From assembly GCF_019464535.1 (NCBI RefSeq), contig NZ_CP080507.1:450001-482000 (forward strand): 32,000 nt of DNA, read 5' to 3'. This DNA comes from Horticoccus luteus. GTDB lineage: Bacteria; Verrucomicrobiota; Verrucomicrobiia; Opitutales; Opitutaceae. Each line of letters begins with the position of its first letter. The stretch's first letter is position 1. Positions 1 to 8,266 of this stretch are shown here, one piece after another. The notes beneath the pieces were generated by a model that worked only from the letters and a program-made list of their open reading frames with translations, was not told the DNA's origin and searched no databases. The position numbers were made by a program, and so were the translations under genes.

Positions 1-142
1 TACACAGAGCTCCGACACCGAGGAAGCTGGAGGCCGCCGAGTATTGGGGGGCGCGGGAGGCGGATTTTCGCCGGGGTTGTCTCCGCGCTTCGTAGTCTGG
101 ACGGCCCGACGATTTTGTTTGGCCGAGGCTGGAATGTGCGGG

Positions 143-1054
143 CTACAGCAGTCCGCGGAGAGGGGCGAAGTAGGCGGCGACCCAGTCGTGGAAAAAGAGA
201 AAGTGGGCGAGTCCGCCGAGGGCGAGCATGGGCCCGAAAGGAATGTGGACGCCGAGGCCGAGCGCGGCGGGTTCGCCTTCGGGCGTCTCGGCGCGGGGCG
301 CCACGGTGGCGGCGCGGCCGGTGAGTTTTTGCCAGATGAGGGCGAGCGCGAGCCAGACGGTGCCGATCACGGCGCCGCCGAAAATCGCGAACACCGCGCC
401 TTGCCAGCCGGTGAAGGCGCCGATCGCGCCGATGAATTTCACGTCACCGAAACCCATCGCTTCTTTTTTCAACGCCGCTTCGGCGAGGAGCGCGATCCAG
501 AGGACGAGTCCGGAGCCGGCGAGGAGGCCGACGAGGGCGTCGACGCCGGAGCGAAAACTATCGAGGAGAAAAAAGTCGCCGTGATGGCCATGCAGGGCGG
601 GCACGGCGAAGGAGAGGACAACGCCGATCACGCCGCCGCCGAGGGAAAACACGTCGGGGATTTCGAGGTGATCGAGATCGATAAACGTCGCGGGCAGCAG
701 CAGGCCGACAAACACCATGCCGCAGAGGGCTTTCGCGGGCGGAAACAAGACCCAGCACGCGAGGAAGAGGGCGGCGGTGAGGAGTTCGACGAACGCATAG
801 CGAAACGCGTAGGGGCGACCACAGCAGCGCGCGCGGCCGCGGAGTATGAGCCAGCTTAAAATCGGAATGTTGTCATACCACGCGATGGGCGCACCGCAGG
901 CGCAGTGCGAGCCGGGTGAGACGATCGACTCGTGTTTCGGTAGCCGGTAGATGACGACGTTGAGAAAACTGCCGATGCAGGCGCCGAAGACGAAAACCAC
1001 AGCCGCGAAAAACCACGGAAAGGCGGCGTTGATTTCGGTGAAGGCGTGGGTCAT
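143..1054 (-). CDS. pilD: Type IV prepilin leader peptidase/N-methyltransferase (peptidase family A24, PilD-like)
   Basis: 303-aa polytopic ORF starting at ATG. It carries FLNVVIYRLP, a Cys-bearing N-terminal segment (SHCACGAP...RARCCGRP), WYDNIPILSW, and the two aspartate-containing motifs IDLDHLEIPD and GFGDVKF typical of A24 prepilin peptidases. Confidence 0.9.
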   Translation of the reverse strand: MTHAFTEINAAFPWFFAAVVFVFGACIGSFLNVVIYRLPKHESIVSPGSHCACGAPIAWYDNIPILSWLILRGRARCCGRPYAFRYAFVELLTAALFLACWVLFPPAKALCGMVFVGLLLPATFIDLDHLEIPDVFSLGGGVIGVVLSFAVPALHGHHGDFFLLDSFRSGVDALVGLLAGSGLVLWIALLAEAALKKEAMGFGDVKFIGAIGAFTGWQGAVFAIFGGAVIGTVWLALALIWQKLTGRAATVAPRAETPEGEPAALGLGVHIPFGPMLALGGLAHFLFFHDWVAAYFAPLRGLL

Positions 1055-1097
1055 GCGGGCGGGAGGCGACGTTCGGCGTCGCGACGGCCCGAAGCAA

Positions 1098-1129
1098 GTC
1101 AGCTCTCATCGGGATCGATGAGAGCTGAC
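1098..1129 (-). terminator. Strong hairpin between the secreted-protein gene and pilD; candidate intrinsic terminator
   Basis: Perfect 14-bp inverted repeat GTCAGCTCTCATCG/CGATGAGAGCTGAC (1098..1111 and 1116..1129) with a 4-nt loop. On the minus-strand transcript it is followed by TTGCTTCGGG, which is only partly U-rich. It lies 67 nt downstream of the stop of the 1196..2017 gene. Confidence 0.45.
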
Positions 1130-1195
1130 GCCTGACTTGACCGACCTTCACCCGTCAGGCCGACGAGGCGAGGTGTCGAGAGTGACCGGACGCGT

Positions 1196-2017
1196 TCAGT
1201 CGAGGAAGTAGGTCTCCAGGAGGACGTCGCCGCTGTCGCTGGCGCTGGAACCGGTGATGACGGCGGTGTAAACGCCGGGATCAACGGTGACGATGACGGC
1301 GGAATCTTTGCTGCCGGCGATCAACGGGAAGGCGCCGCTCTGGATCGCCGCCAATTCAAGATCGGAGGCGGCCGCTGAATCGGACGACCAGTTGTCGTTG
1401 GATTTCACAGCCTGACCGTTTTTGAAGATGGTGAGTTTGGGGTCGTTGAGCGTGTTGGAGACCCCGTAGGTGGCCAGGCCCGGGCCGACCGCACGGATCA
1501 GGACGCGACGGGGAACGTTGCCGCCGACGACCCAGCCGGCGATCGCGCTGCCGCCAGCGGCGAGGGTGCTGCGGTTGGACATGTTGACGAGAGGCGCGGG
1601 CGCGGGCACGCGAGCGATGACGAAGGTGCCTGACTGCGTTTTGCCACTGCCGTAGTCGGCCGCGAACGTGCCAGCCGTGGGGCTGCTGAACGTGAGGTCG
1701 AGCGTGAGATCGCCGCCGCCCGATTGCGGCTCGACGATCTCGGCGGTCGTCGCGCCGGTTTTGGTGTAGGTGTAAGCGACGGGATCGCTGACGGGCGCGT
1801 CGGTCGTGGAGAGCGTATGGTCCATGCCGGCGCCGGTGAAGACAACGCTGAGCGTGCCGTTGCCGTTGATGCCACCGGTGCTGCCGGTGAGTGTGCCGTT
1901 GAAGAGCACGTTGGCAAAGTTGGCGGGCGAGGTGTCCGCGGGGACGGCGTAAGCGGTCAGGCCGGCGGCGGCGAGTCCCGCGCAGGTGGCGAGCAGGCGA
2001 AAAGTTTTTGATATCAT
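1196..2017 (-). CDS. Secreted hypothetical protein (signal peptide; Thr/Gly/Ser-rich beta-type sequence)
   Basis: ORF 1196..2032. The preferred start is ATG at 2017, giving MISKTFRLLATCAGLAAAGLTAYA (signal-peptide-like). The C-terminal half (RVLIRAVGPGLATYGVSNTLNDPKLTIFKNG...VYTAVITGSSASDSGDVLLETYFLD) looks like a conserved exported domain that I cannot name. It lies 59 nt downstream of the ferritin-like gene on the same strand. Confidence 0.7.
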   Translation of the reverse strand: MISKTFRLLATCAGLAAAGLTAYAVPADTSPANFANVLFNGTLTGSTGGINGNGTLSVVFTGAGMDHTLSTTDAPVSDPVAYTYTKTGATTAEIVEPQSGGGDLTLDLTFSSPTAGTFAADYGSGKTQSGTFVIARVPAPAPLVNMSNRSTLAAGGSAIAGWVVGGNVPRRVLIRAVGPGLATYGVSNTLNDPKLTIFKNGQAVKSNDNWSSDSAAASDLELAAIQSGAFPLIAGSKDSAVIVTVDPGVYTAVITGSSASDSGDVLLETYFLD

Positions 2018-2076
2018 GGGAGGAGGGCGCACGCGAAACGACCGGTAAGGACCGGGGTGGCGTGCAAACAGAGGTT

Positions 2077-3003
2077 TTAGTGGATGGAGCCGTTGAGGCC
2101 GTTGGGGAAGAAGCCGCCTTGCGACGCGCCACCGCTGAGGTAGACGACGTCGAGCACTTGGCGCGGCGTGCGGCTGAACGCGATGCCGTTGGCGTCGGTC
2201 GGCACGATATTGGCGACGCCACCGGCGGTGATGCCTTGATCAACTTCGGTCGAGGCGGCGGCGTCGCGAAGATCCGAAATCGCCTGGGCCGCCTGGCGGC
2301 CGGCGCTGCCGGACTGATAGAGCAGCGTGCGGATGGTGCCGGCGTGATATGCTTCGACGGCGAGGATGCCGGCGGCGGCTTCGAGATACGTTTTGTTGGA
2401 GATGAGCGGGGCGCCACCTTTGTAGGCGGTGACTCCGACGTCTTCGAAGACGAACGCGCCGACGAGGAACGAGGCTTCGTCGGCGAACGGATCGAAACCG
2501 GAGCCGAGGCCCGCGGCTTGGGCGGCGGCGGCGAAACTTTCGCGGAGGTTGATGGCGGGGCGTGCGACGGGGGTGCCGCCGGCGGCGATGATGGCGGCGC
2601 GCAGGAAGCCGACGTGGGCGCGTTCATCGCTGGCGATTTCCGTGGCGTATTCACGAACCGCAGCCGTGGTGAACGGCACGGCCGGATTGGCTTTGACGGT
2701 GGTGCTGCCGGCGGTGCCGGAGCCGTTGACGCCCAAACCGAAGGTCTCGATGCCGCGGCCGTCCACGGCGTAGGAATAATATTCCGCTTCGAGGTATTCG
2801 AGGTTGAGCGCGAAATTGAGCACGGCGGCGTCGGTGGGGCTGACGGAGGCGCTTTTGGCGAAATCGGCGGCGAGGCGATTGCCGGACAATCGCAGCGCGG
2901 CGACGCCGAGAGCGCCGAAGCCGAGGGTTTTCAAGACCGAGCGACGCGTGGTGGGCGTCGTCAGGGTGCGCGTCAATTCAGCGCGGAGAGGTAAGGAAGA
3001 CAT
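2077..3003 (-). CDS. Tat-exported ferritin-like domain protein (Ferritin_2 / desiccation-related PCC13-62-like family)
   Basis: 308 aa with an ATG start. It has the twin-arginine motif [19 protein letters not shown]. Ferritin-like signatures are [25 protein letters not shown] and LAVEAYHAG (E...ExxH pairs). Confidence 0.85.
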   Translation of the reverse strand: MSSLPLRAELTRTLTTPTTRRSVLKTLGFGALGVAALRLSGNRLAADFAKSASVSPTDAAVLNFALNLEYLEAEYYSYAVDGRGIETFGLGVNGSGTAGSTTVKANPAVPFTTAAVREYATEIASDERAHVGFLRAAIIAAGGTPVARPAINLRESFAAAAQAAGLGSGFDPFADEASFLVGAFVFEDVGVTAYKGGAPLISNKTYLEAAAGILAVEAYHAGTIRTLLYQSGSAGRQAAQAISDLRDAAASTEVDQGITAGGVANIVPTDANGIAFSRTPRQVLDVVYLSGGASQGGFFPNGLNGSIH

Positions 3004-3269
3004 GAATCGGAATTTTGAGGATTGAGAGGCGGCAGCGGGGGCCGTTCGTCGACCCAGCTTGCCTCAAGAGGGAATACGCCCGCCGGACGCCGATTGGATG
3101 CACGATAAAAGAAATGAAAGCTGCAGGGCACAGGGAACCACCGGCTATATCATCGCGACATGCGGTGCGCAGTTGCGCGGGAGGAGAATCGCCCTTTATC
3201 TGTGCCATGCAGTGCCGCGGGCCAATCGCACAGGACAGGGAGCGCGAGGTTAAACCCTGACGTGGGCCC

Positions 3270-3845
3270 ATGGAATCAAGCGCCGAGTCGAACGAGGAGT
3301 TGAGTGCGGGATTGGTGAGCCGGATCGCGCGCGGGGACGAGGAGGCGTTTGGGACGCTTTATGATGCGCTTTCGCCGCGGTTGTTCGGCTTGGTGTGTGC
3401 GATCCTCGCCGACGCGGCCGAGGCGGAGGACGTGATGCAGGAGTGCTTTCTGCATGTGTGGAACAACGCGCACCGCTTCGATCCCGCGCGAGGGAGCGTC
3501 ACTACGTGGTTGTTCCTGCTTTTCCGCAGCCGGGCGATCGACCGCCGGCGGAGGCATCGGCGGCGGGAAGGCCATGTTGAACTTTCGGGCATGACGGAAA
3601 GCAGTTCGCCCTTTGATCTCGCAACGGTGCCGGGCCAAGGCGCGCCGGCAGGGGAGGACGGTATCATCCACGCCGCGCTGCACGATTTGCCGGAGGATCA
3701 GCGGCGCGCCATCGACCTGGCGTTTTTCGGCGGGTTGACACACCACGAGATCGCCACCCAGTTGGCGACGCCCGTTGGCACCATTAAGGCGCGTATCCGG
3801 CGCGGCCTGATGCGGCTGGCGAGTCTCTTGGCTGATCCGGCATGA
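3270..3845 (+). CDS. ECF-type RNA polymerase sigma factor (sigma-70 family, SigK-like)
   Basis: 191 aa. Region 2 is EEAFGTLYDALSPRLFGLVCAILADAAEAEDVMQECFLHVWNNAHRFDPARGSVTTWLFLLFRSRAIDRRR. Region 4 is LPEDQRRAIDLAFFGGLTHHEIATQLATPVGTIKARIRRGLMRL. Its stop overlaps the next gene's start (ATGA at 3842..3845). Confidence 0.9.
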   Translation: MESSAESNEELSAGLVSRIARGDEEAFGTLYDALSPRLFGLVCAILADAAEAEDVMQECFLHVWNNAHRFDPARGSVTTWLFLLFRSRAIDRRRRHRRREGHVELSGMTESSSPFDLATVPGQGAPAGEDGIIHAALHDLPEDQRRAIDLAFFGGLTHHEIATQLATPVGTIKARIRRGLMRLASLLADPA

Positions 3846-4537
3846 ACGAAGAACGCACAGAAACCGCTTCGCTTTACGTGCTCAACTTGCTTGAGCCGGA
3901 GGAAGCGCGGGCGTTCGAACAAGCACTGCGCGCAGATCCGGCGCTGGCGGAACTCGTGCGCAAACTCGAAGCCGGCGCGGCGACGCTCGCCGCGAGGGTG
4001 CCCCCGCGGACGCCGCCGCCGCGCGTGCGCGAGCAGGTGTGGGCCGCGATTCAGGCGTCGAAACCCGCACCGCGCAAAGTGCCGCGGGTGGCGTGGTTGG
4101 GTTGGTGGGCGGCGGCGGCTTTTGCGGCCATTGCCGTATTACTGGGCGTCGATCGCGCACGCGTGTCGCGAACGCCGGCCGTGGATCCGGTGGCGACATC
4201 GCTGGCGCGATTGCAGGTGGCGACGCTGGCGCCGTCGGCTCAAGGGCCGGCCAAGGGTTCGGCGGCGGTGGCGTGGGATCAGGCGCAGCAACGCGGGGTG
4301 ATTACCGTGGAAAATCTGCCGGACGCCGGGGCGGGGCATGATTACCAACTGTGGGTCATCGACCCGAGCTACAAAGTGCCGGTGAGCGCAGGCGTGCTGG
4401 CGGTGACGGACGGGAAGGCCCAGAGCGAATTTTCGACCGCAAAGGTGATCGCGGCGGCGCAGAAGTTTGCGATCAGTCTCGAGCCGAAGGGCGGATCCGC
4501 GACACCGACCGGCGCGATCGTGATGATCGGACCGTGA
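3842..4537 (+). CDS. Anti-sigma factor, RskA-like (anti-sigma-K family), single-pass membrane protein
   Basis: 231 aa, translationally coupled to the ECF sigma gene. It has an N-terminal anti-sigma helix region (LYVLNLLEPEEARAFEQALRADPALAELV) and a central TM segment (VAWLGWWAAAAFAAIAVLLGV). The C-terminal RskA-type domain reads HDYQLWVIDPSYKVPVSAGVL...FAISLEPKGGSATPTGAIVMIG. Confidence 0.85.
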   Translation: MNEERTETASLYVLNLLEPEEARAFEQALRADPALAELVRKLEAGAATLAARVPPRTPPPRVREQVWAAIQASKPAPRKVPRVAWLGWWAAAAFAAIAVLLGVDRARVSRTPAVDPVATSLARLQVATLAPSAQGPAKGSAAVAWDQAQQRGVITVENLPDAGAGHDYQLWVIDPSYKVPVSAGVLAVTDGKAQSEFSTAKVIAAAQKFAISLEPKGGSATPTGAIVMIGP

Positions 4538-4642
4538 CGGGTGGCGGCGCGCGACGCGGTGGAGCTGGCGCTTTATCGCAGAGAACGGAATCGATCGGCG
4601 GCGAATAAATCAGCGGCGCCAAATCATCCGAGCGCAGAGCGA

Positions 4643-5641
4643 TCACGGAGCGATGTCGCGGCAGAAGACCCGTGAGCCGCTCGCAGCGGAGGCGAGGGCG
4701 GCGAGATTGAAGCGGAGGGTTTGCGCGGCGGCGGCGAGCGAGCAAAGCCGCGGCGGCTGGCCTTCGAGTTGATCGAGAAACGCGTTGGCTTGGGCGATGA
4801 AGTGCGTGTCGCGTTCCGCGGGTTCGACTTGATGCCACGTCCACGCGGCGGCGCCGGCGGGAAAGACGCCCCAGCGCTGGCGATGCAGTTCGATGCGCAC
4901 GCTGCCGCCGGCGGCGTTGAACTGCAGGGTGGTTTCGTTGGGCGCTTGAAATTGATTGAGCGTGTAGCTGGCGAGGGCGGCGCCGTGGCGCGCGGCGACA
5001 TGCACGGTGTCTTCGACCTCGACGCCCGCGAGGGAGAGGTGCGCGCAGTCGGTGAGCACGCTGTCGGTCGGTCCGAGGACGCTTTCGACCCAGTTGGCCA
5101 AGTGGGTGAGCGCGTCCTGAATCGCGCCGCCGCCCGTGCGGTGATCGCGGTAGTAAGTCTGCGCGTAGGCGGGGCGCAAGAGATTGAACGCCTGGCCGGA
5201 CGTGGCAACGGCTTGGAGGACGGGGCCGAATTCGCCGCCGGCGAGAAACGCGCGGGCTTCGCGCAGGGCGGGGAAAACGTGGTAAACGTAGGCGACGGCG
5301 AGTTGGCGGCGAGATTGCGCGAGCGTGTGCTCGAGGAGATCGAGACCGGCGAGGGAATGGGAGAGCGGTTTCTCGACGAGCACGTGCTTGCCCGCGGCGA
5401 GGGCGGCGGTGGCGAGGGGCAGATGCGAGGGCGCGGGCGTGCAAACCACCACCGCGTCGAACGGCTCGGCCAAGGCGGCGGTGGCGTCGGTGCGGGTGGC
5501 GACGCCGTAGGTGTCGGCCATGCGTTGCAGGAGAGCGGGGTTGGCCTCGCAAGCCGTGACGTGGGCGCGGCCCGTGCGTTGAAAGCAACGCAGGTGACGT
5601 TCGCCAATGCTGCCGCAACCGACGATCAGGACGGAGTGCAT
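4643..5641 (-). CDS. Gfo/Idh/MocA family NAD(P)-dependent oxidoreductase
   Basis: ORF 4643..5782. The preferred start is ATG at 5641, giving MHSVLIVGCGSIGERH (Rossmann GxGxxG). It has the VLVEKPL (EKP) motif and AVVVCTPAPSH. The longer N-terminal extension has no recognisable content. Confidence 0.85.
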   Translation of the reverse strand: MHSVLIVGCGSIGERHLRCFQRTGRAHVTACEANPALLQRMADTYGVATRTDATAALAEPFDAVVVCTPAPSHLPLATAALAAGKHVLVEKPLSHSLAGLDLLEHTLAQSRRQLAVAYVYHVFPALREARAFLAGGEFGPVLQAVATSGQAFNLLRPAYAQTYYRDHRTGGGAIQDALTHLANWVESVLGPTDSVLTDCAHLSLAGVEVEDTVHVAARHGAALASYTLNQFQAPNETTLQFNAAGGSVRIELHRQRWGVFPAGAAAWTWHQVEPAERDTHFIAQANAFLDQLEGQPPRLCSLAAAAQTLRFNLAALASAASGSRVFCRDIAP

Positions 5642-5724
5642 GCGGGCGACGAGACGCGCGGAGGACCGGCGGGCGGGCGCGGGGTATTCACGAGTAAGCG
5701 GAGATTCCGGCTTGTGTGGGTGCG

Positions 5725-5748
5725 CTTCAATTTCAATTTTCGATTCAC
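5725..5748. promoter_or_regulatory. AT-rich direct-repeat element in the divergent intergenic region (candidate promoter/operator)
   Basis: CTTCAATTTCAATTTTCGATTCAC contains the iterated TTCAAT/TTCAAT/TTCGAT. It is a conspicuous AT-rich island in the 150-bp spacer between the divergent oxidoreductase (start 5641) and BNR protein (start 5792) genes. Confidence 0.25.
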
Positions 5749-5791
5749 TGTGCGCAGCGGAGAACCGAATTCCGCCGACCACCCTTTCCCC

Positions 5792-7150
5792 ATGAAATTC
5801 ACGGCGCGCTGGCTGCTTTTCCCTTCGAGTCTTTTATTGAGCATGATGCAGGCGAAAGACGGAGCTGCTTCCGATTCGCTGGTACCGGCCATCGCCGACC
5901 AGGCGCCGCACGTCATTCTCGGCGACAAGCGGGTGAGCGTGACGTTTGGCGAACGCCGGTTGGTGCTGGCTGGCGGGCTGCAACCGTCGCTGCTGGCGAC
6001 GGGGACCGGGACGCTGGTCGTGCAGGCGCAAGGCGTGGAGAAACCTTTTGCGGCGAAGCGCATCTCCTATCCCAGCGCGATCGGCACGGTGATTTCGCGC
6101 GACGAAGGAAAGACGTGGTCGCGCATCCCGCTGAAGCCGGGAGAAAACGGGTTGAACATGGAAGGCGGTGCGGTGCAGTTGCGCGACGGGACGATTGTGG
6201 CGCTCGATACCTATGTCACTCCGGCGGAGAAGCCGGGGCATGGACTGGGCGAACGTTACATTTCGCGGGACGACTGGCGGACGCTGGAGGGGCCGGAGGA
6301 GATCACGTTCACGTTGCCGGGCGTGCGCTTCCACGGTTCGAGCGACGACTACGGTCGCACGCATGAAGCGGTCCGTCTGCACCGACGGATCCTCGAGCTG
6401 CCGAATGGCGATCTGCTTGCGACACTCTACGGCTGGTTCGAAGGCGACACAACGCCTGCGGCCTATAGGGCGACCATGCATCGCACGCGTGCAGTGCTGC
6501 TGCGATCGAAGGATCGCGGGAAGAGCTGGAGCATGGTGTCGACAATCGCGGCGGGCGCGGACGTGGGCACTGAAGGTTACGGCGAACCGGCGCTTGTGCG
6601 CATCGGGACGGGCGAGCACGCAGGCCGACTGATTTGCCAGATGCGCACGGGCTACGAGTTGCGAGAAGCAATTTCGGATGATGACGGGCAGACCTGGAGC
6701 GCCGCCCGCCCGCGGACGTTTGCGGGCCGTGACGTGCGAGCGAGGCAGAACTGGATCGGGATGTTTGGCGAGATGCGCAACCAGCAGGGGGAGCGACTGG
6801 CCGACCGGCCGGACGAGTTGATCGCATCCATCGTCGATCCTGATTTGCTGGAGTTGCGCAGCGGCGTGTTGGTGGCGGCATTCGGGATGCGTGTGCCGGC
6901 GCGGAATTGCTGGACGCGCTGGGAGCATCCGTGGAACGGCAACTACCTGGCCTTCAGTCTCGATCACGGCGAGACGTGGAGTCACGTGATACAACTCACC
7001 TCCGGCGTGTTGACGACGCATTACATGGCGATCGAAGAGTTGCCGGGCACGAACCGTTTCTTTGTCGCCTACGATCTCGGCGCATGGGGTAGCGCGCAAG
7101 GGCGATCGGTCTTCGGCCGCACAGTGGAGCTGACGACCTCGATGCCGTGA
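5792..7150 (+). CDS. Exported BNR/Asp-box repeat protein, sialidase-like six-bladed beta-propeller family
   Basis: The 3' part of ORF 4721..7150. The real start is taken as ATG 5792, giving MKFTARWLLFPSSLLLSMMQAKDG (signal peptide). Four Asp-boxes (SxDxGxTW) are present: SRDEGKTW, SKDRGKSW, SDDDGQTW, SLDHGETW. Confidence 0.8.
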   Translation: MKFTARWLLFPSSLLLSMMQAKDGAASDSLVPAIADQAPHVILGDKRVSVTFGERRLVLAGGLQPSLLATGTGTLVVQAQGVEKPFAAKRISYPSAIGTVISRDEGKTWSRIPLKPGENGLNMEGGAVQLRDGTIVALDTYVTPAEKPGHGLGERYISRDDWRTLEGPEEITFTLPGVRFHGSSDDYGRTHEAVRLHRRILELPNGDLLATLYGWFEGDTTPAAYRATMHRTRAVLLRSKDRGKSWSMVSTIAAGADVGTEGYGEPALVRIGTGEHAGRLICQMRTGYELREAISDDDGQTWSAARPRTFAGRDVRARQNWIGMFGEMRNQQGERLADRPDELIASIVDPDLLELRSGVLVAAFGMRVPARNCWTRWEHPWNGNYLAFSLDHGETWSHVIQLTSGVLTTHYMAIEELPGTNRFFVAYDLGAWGSAQGRSVFGRTVELTTSMP

Positions 7151-7158
7151 AGCCGGTG

Positions 7159-7204
7159 CCACCCCGGCGGTTGCCCAGGGGCAAGGGTGGTGTTTTTGCT
7201 TTTG
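7159..7204 (+). terminator. Candidate rho-independent terminator after the BNR gene
   Basis: The outer stem CCACCC(7159..7164)/GGGTGG(7185..7190) encloses the inner stem TTGCC/GGCAA with a CAGG loop. TGTTTTTGCTTTTG follows immediately. It lies 9 nt after the stop codon. Confidence 0.5.
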
Positions 7205-7314
7205 CGGAGCGCGGCGACCATGAGCGGCACAGGGGAGCGGCGGGCGGAGGCGTTGACACGACGGGGAGTCGTTCTACGGGTAGCGAGCCGGCGGAATGCG
7301 CCGCCTTTTCAATC

Positions 7315-8259
7315 ATGCAAAAGCCAAAGCTGACGGGCGGAGTGTGGTCGGCGACGCCGACGCCGTTAACCAAGGAGCGGCGCGTGGATGCGGCGTCGGT
7401 CGAACGGCTGGTCGAGCATCACGTGGCGCTGGGCGTCACGGGCATGATGCTCGCGGGCACCTGCGGCGAAGGGCCGTGGCTGCGGCTGGCGGACCGGGAG
7501 ACGTTGACGCGCACGGCGGTGGCGGCGAATCGCGGGCGGTTGCGGCTGGCGGTGCAGGTGACGGACAATTCGGCGGCGCGCGTACTGGAAAACATCGAAC
7601 GCGCGGCGGCGTGGGGCGCGGAGGTCGCGGTCGTGGATGTGCCGTGGTTTTTTCTCAACGGGACGCCGGAGCGGAAGGTCGCGCACTTTCGCGAGATCGC
7701 GCAGCGCAGCGCGTTGCCGATGGGATTTTACGATCGCGGAACGGCGAGTCCGCAGGCGGTGCCGGACGAGCGGCTGGCGGAAATTCTGGCGGAGCCGAAC
7801 ATCGCGATGGTGAAGGACAGTTCGCGTTCGCCGGCGCGGCGGGAGATTTTTTTGCAGGCGCGAGCGGCGCGGCCGGGACTGGTGCTGCTTGATGGCGACG
7901 AGTTCGATTGCGTGAGTTATCTGGAGGCCGGTTACGACGGGCTGCTGCTGGGCGGCGGAATTTTTAATGCAGCGATCGCGCGGCGGCTCCTCGCGGCGGT
8001 GCGCGCGGGCGACCGGGTGGCGGCGGAGCGCGAGCAGGCGCGGATGAACGACCTGATGTGGCGCGTTTACGGCGGCCCGAAAATCGAGTGCTGGCTCACG
8101 GGGCTGAAGGAGCTGCTGGTGCAGATGGGCCTTTTCGCGACGAACGTGAGCCTGCTCGATTATCCGCTGACGGAATCGTGTCGCGCATCGATCGCGGCGG
8201 CGGTGAGCGGGGCGGACGGCGAGGGGTTTCGGGCGGATCTGCTGCCGGGCGCGAAGTGA
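7315..8259 (+). CDS. Dihydrodipicolinate synthase family class I aldolase (DapA/N-acetylneuraminate lyase-like)
   Basis: In-frame ATG at 7315 within ORF 7147..8259 (MQKPKLTGGVWSATPTPL). Family motifs are GVTGMMLAGTCGEG (GTTGE-type), FYDRG (catalytic Tyr position) and IAMVKDSS (Schiff-base Lys position). Substrate specificity cannot be read from the sequence. Confidence 0.85.
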   Translation: MQKPKLTGGVWSATPTPLTKERRVDAASVERLVEHHVALGVTGMMLAGTCGEGPWLRLADRETLTRTAVAANRGRLRLAVQVTDNSAARVLENIERAAAWGAEVAVVDVPWFFLNGTPERKVAHFREIAQRSALPMGFYDRGTASPQAVPDERLAEILAEPNIAMVKDSSRSPARREIFLQARAARPGLVLLDGDEFDCVSYLEAGYDGLLLGGGIFNAAIARRLLAAVRAGDRVAAEREQARMNDLMWRVYGGPKIECWLTGLKELLVQMGLFATNVSLLDYPLTESCRASIAAAVSGADGEGFRADLLPGAK

Positions 8260-8266
8260 GGACGCG

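Noticed and set aside
44-859. 271-aa plus-strand ORF, and the nested 115..324 and 228..584 ORFs
   Set aside because: They are antisense to the well-supported pilD-like gene. The composition is Gly/Glu/Ala/Arg-rich with no motifs. This is the typical open antisense frame of a high-GC gene.
1356-2654. 432-aa minus-strand ORF spanning two genes
   Set aside because: The translation is Pro/Arg/Ser/Ala low-complexity. It runs out of frame across both the secreted-protein gene and the ferritin-like gene, each of which has clear signal peptides and motifs.
3134-3160. GGAAC-N17-CGAC string upstream of the ECF sigma gene, as an autoregulated ECF promoter
   Set aside because: It is a single weak match with no known consensus for this ECF group and no second copy seen upstream of the divergent genes. 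It is mentioned in a finding but not reported as a feature.
4721-5791. N-terminal 357 codons of the 809-aa ORF 4721..7150
   Set aside because: This part is antisense to the Gfo/Idh/MocA gene and has no recognisable content. A signal peptide begins at the internal ATG 5792, which is taken as the true start.
6122-6130. RIP tripeptide in the BNR protein, as evidence for a true sialidase (FRIP motif)
   Set aside because: It lies directly after the first Asp-box (TWSRIPL). The canonical FRIP motif precedes the first Asp-box, so this is probably coincidental. It was not used to call catalytic activity.
5834-7162. 442-aa minus-strand ORF
   Set aside because: It is antisense to the Asp-box protein gene and gives an Arg-rich junk translation.
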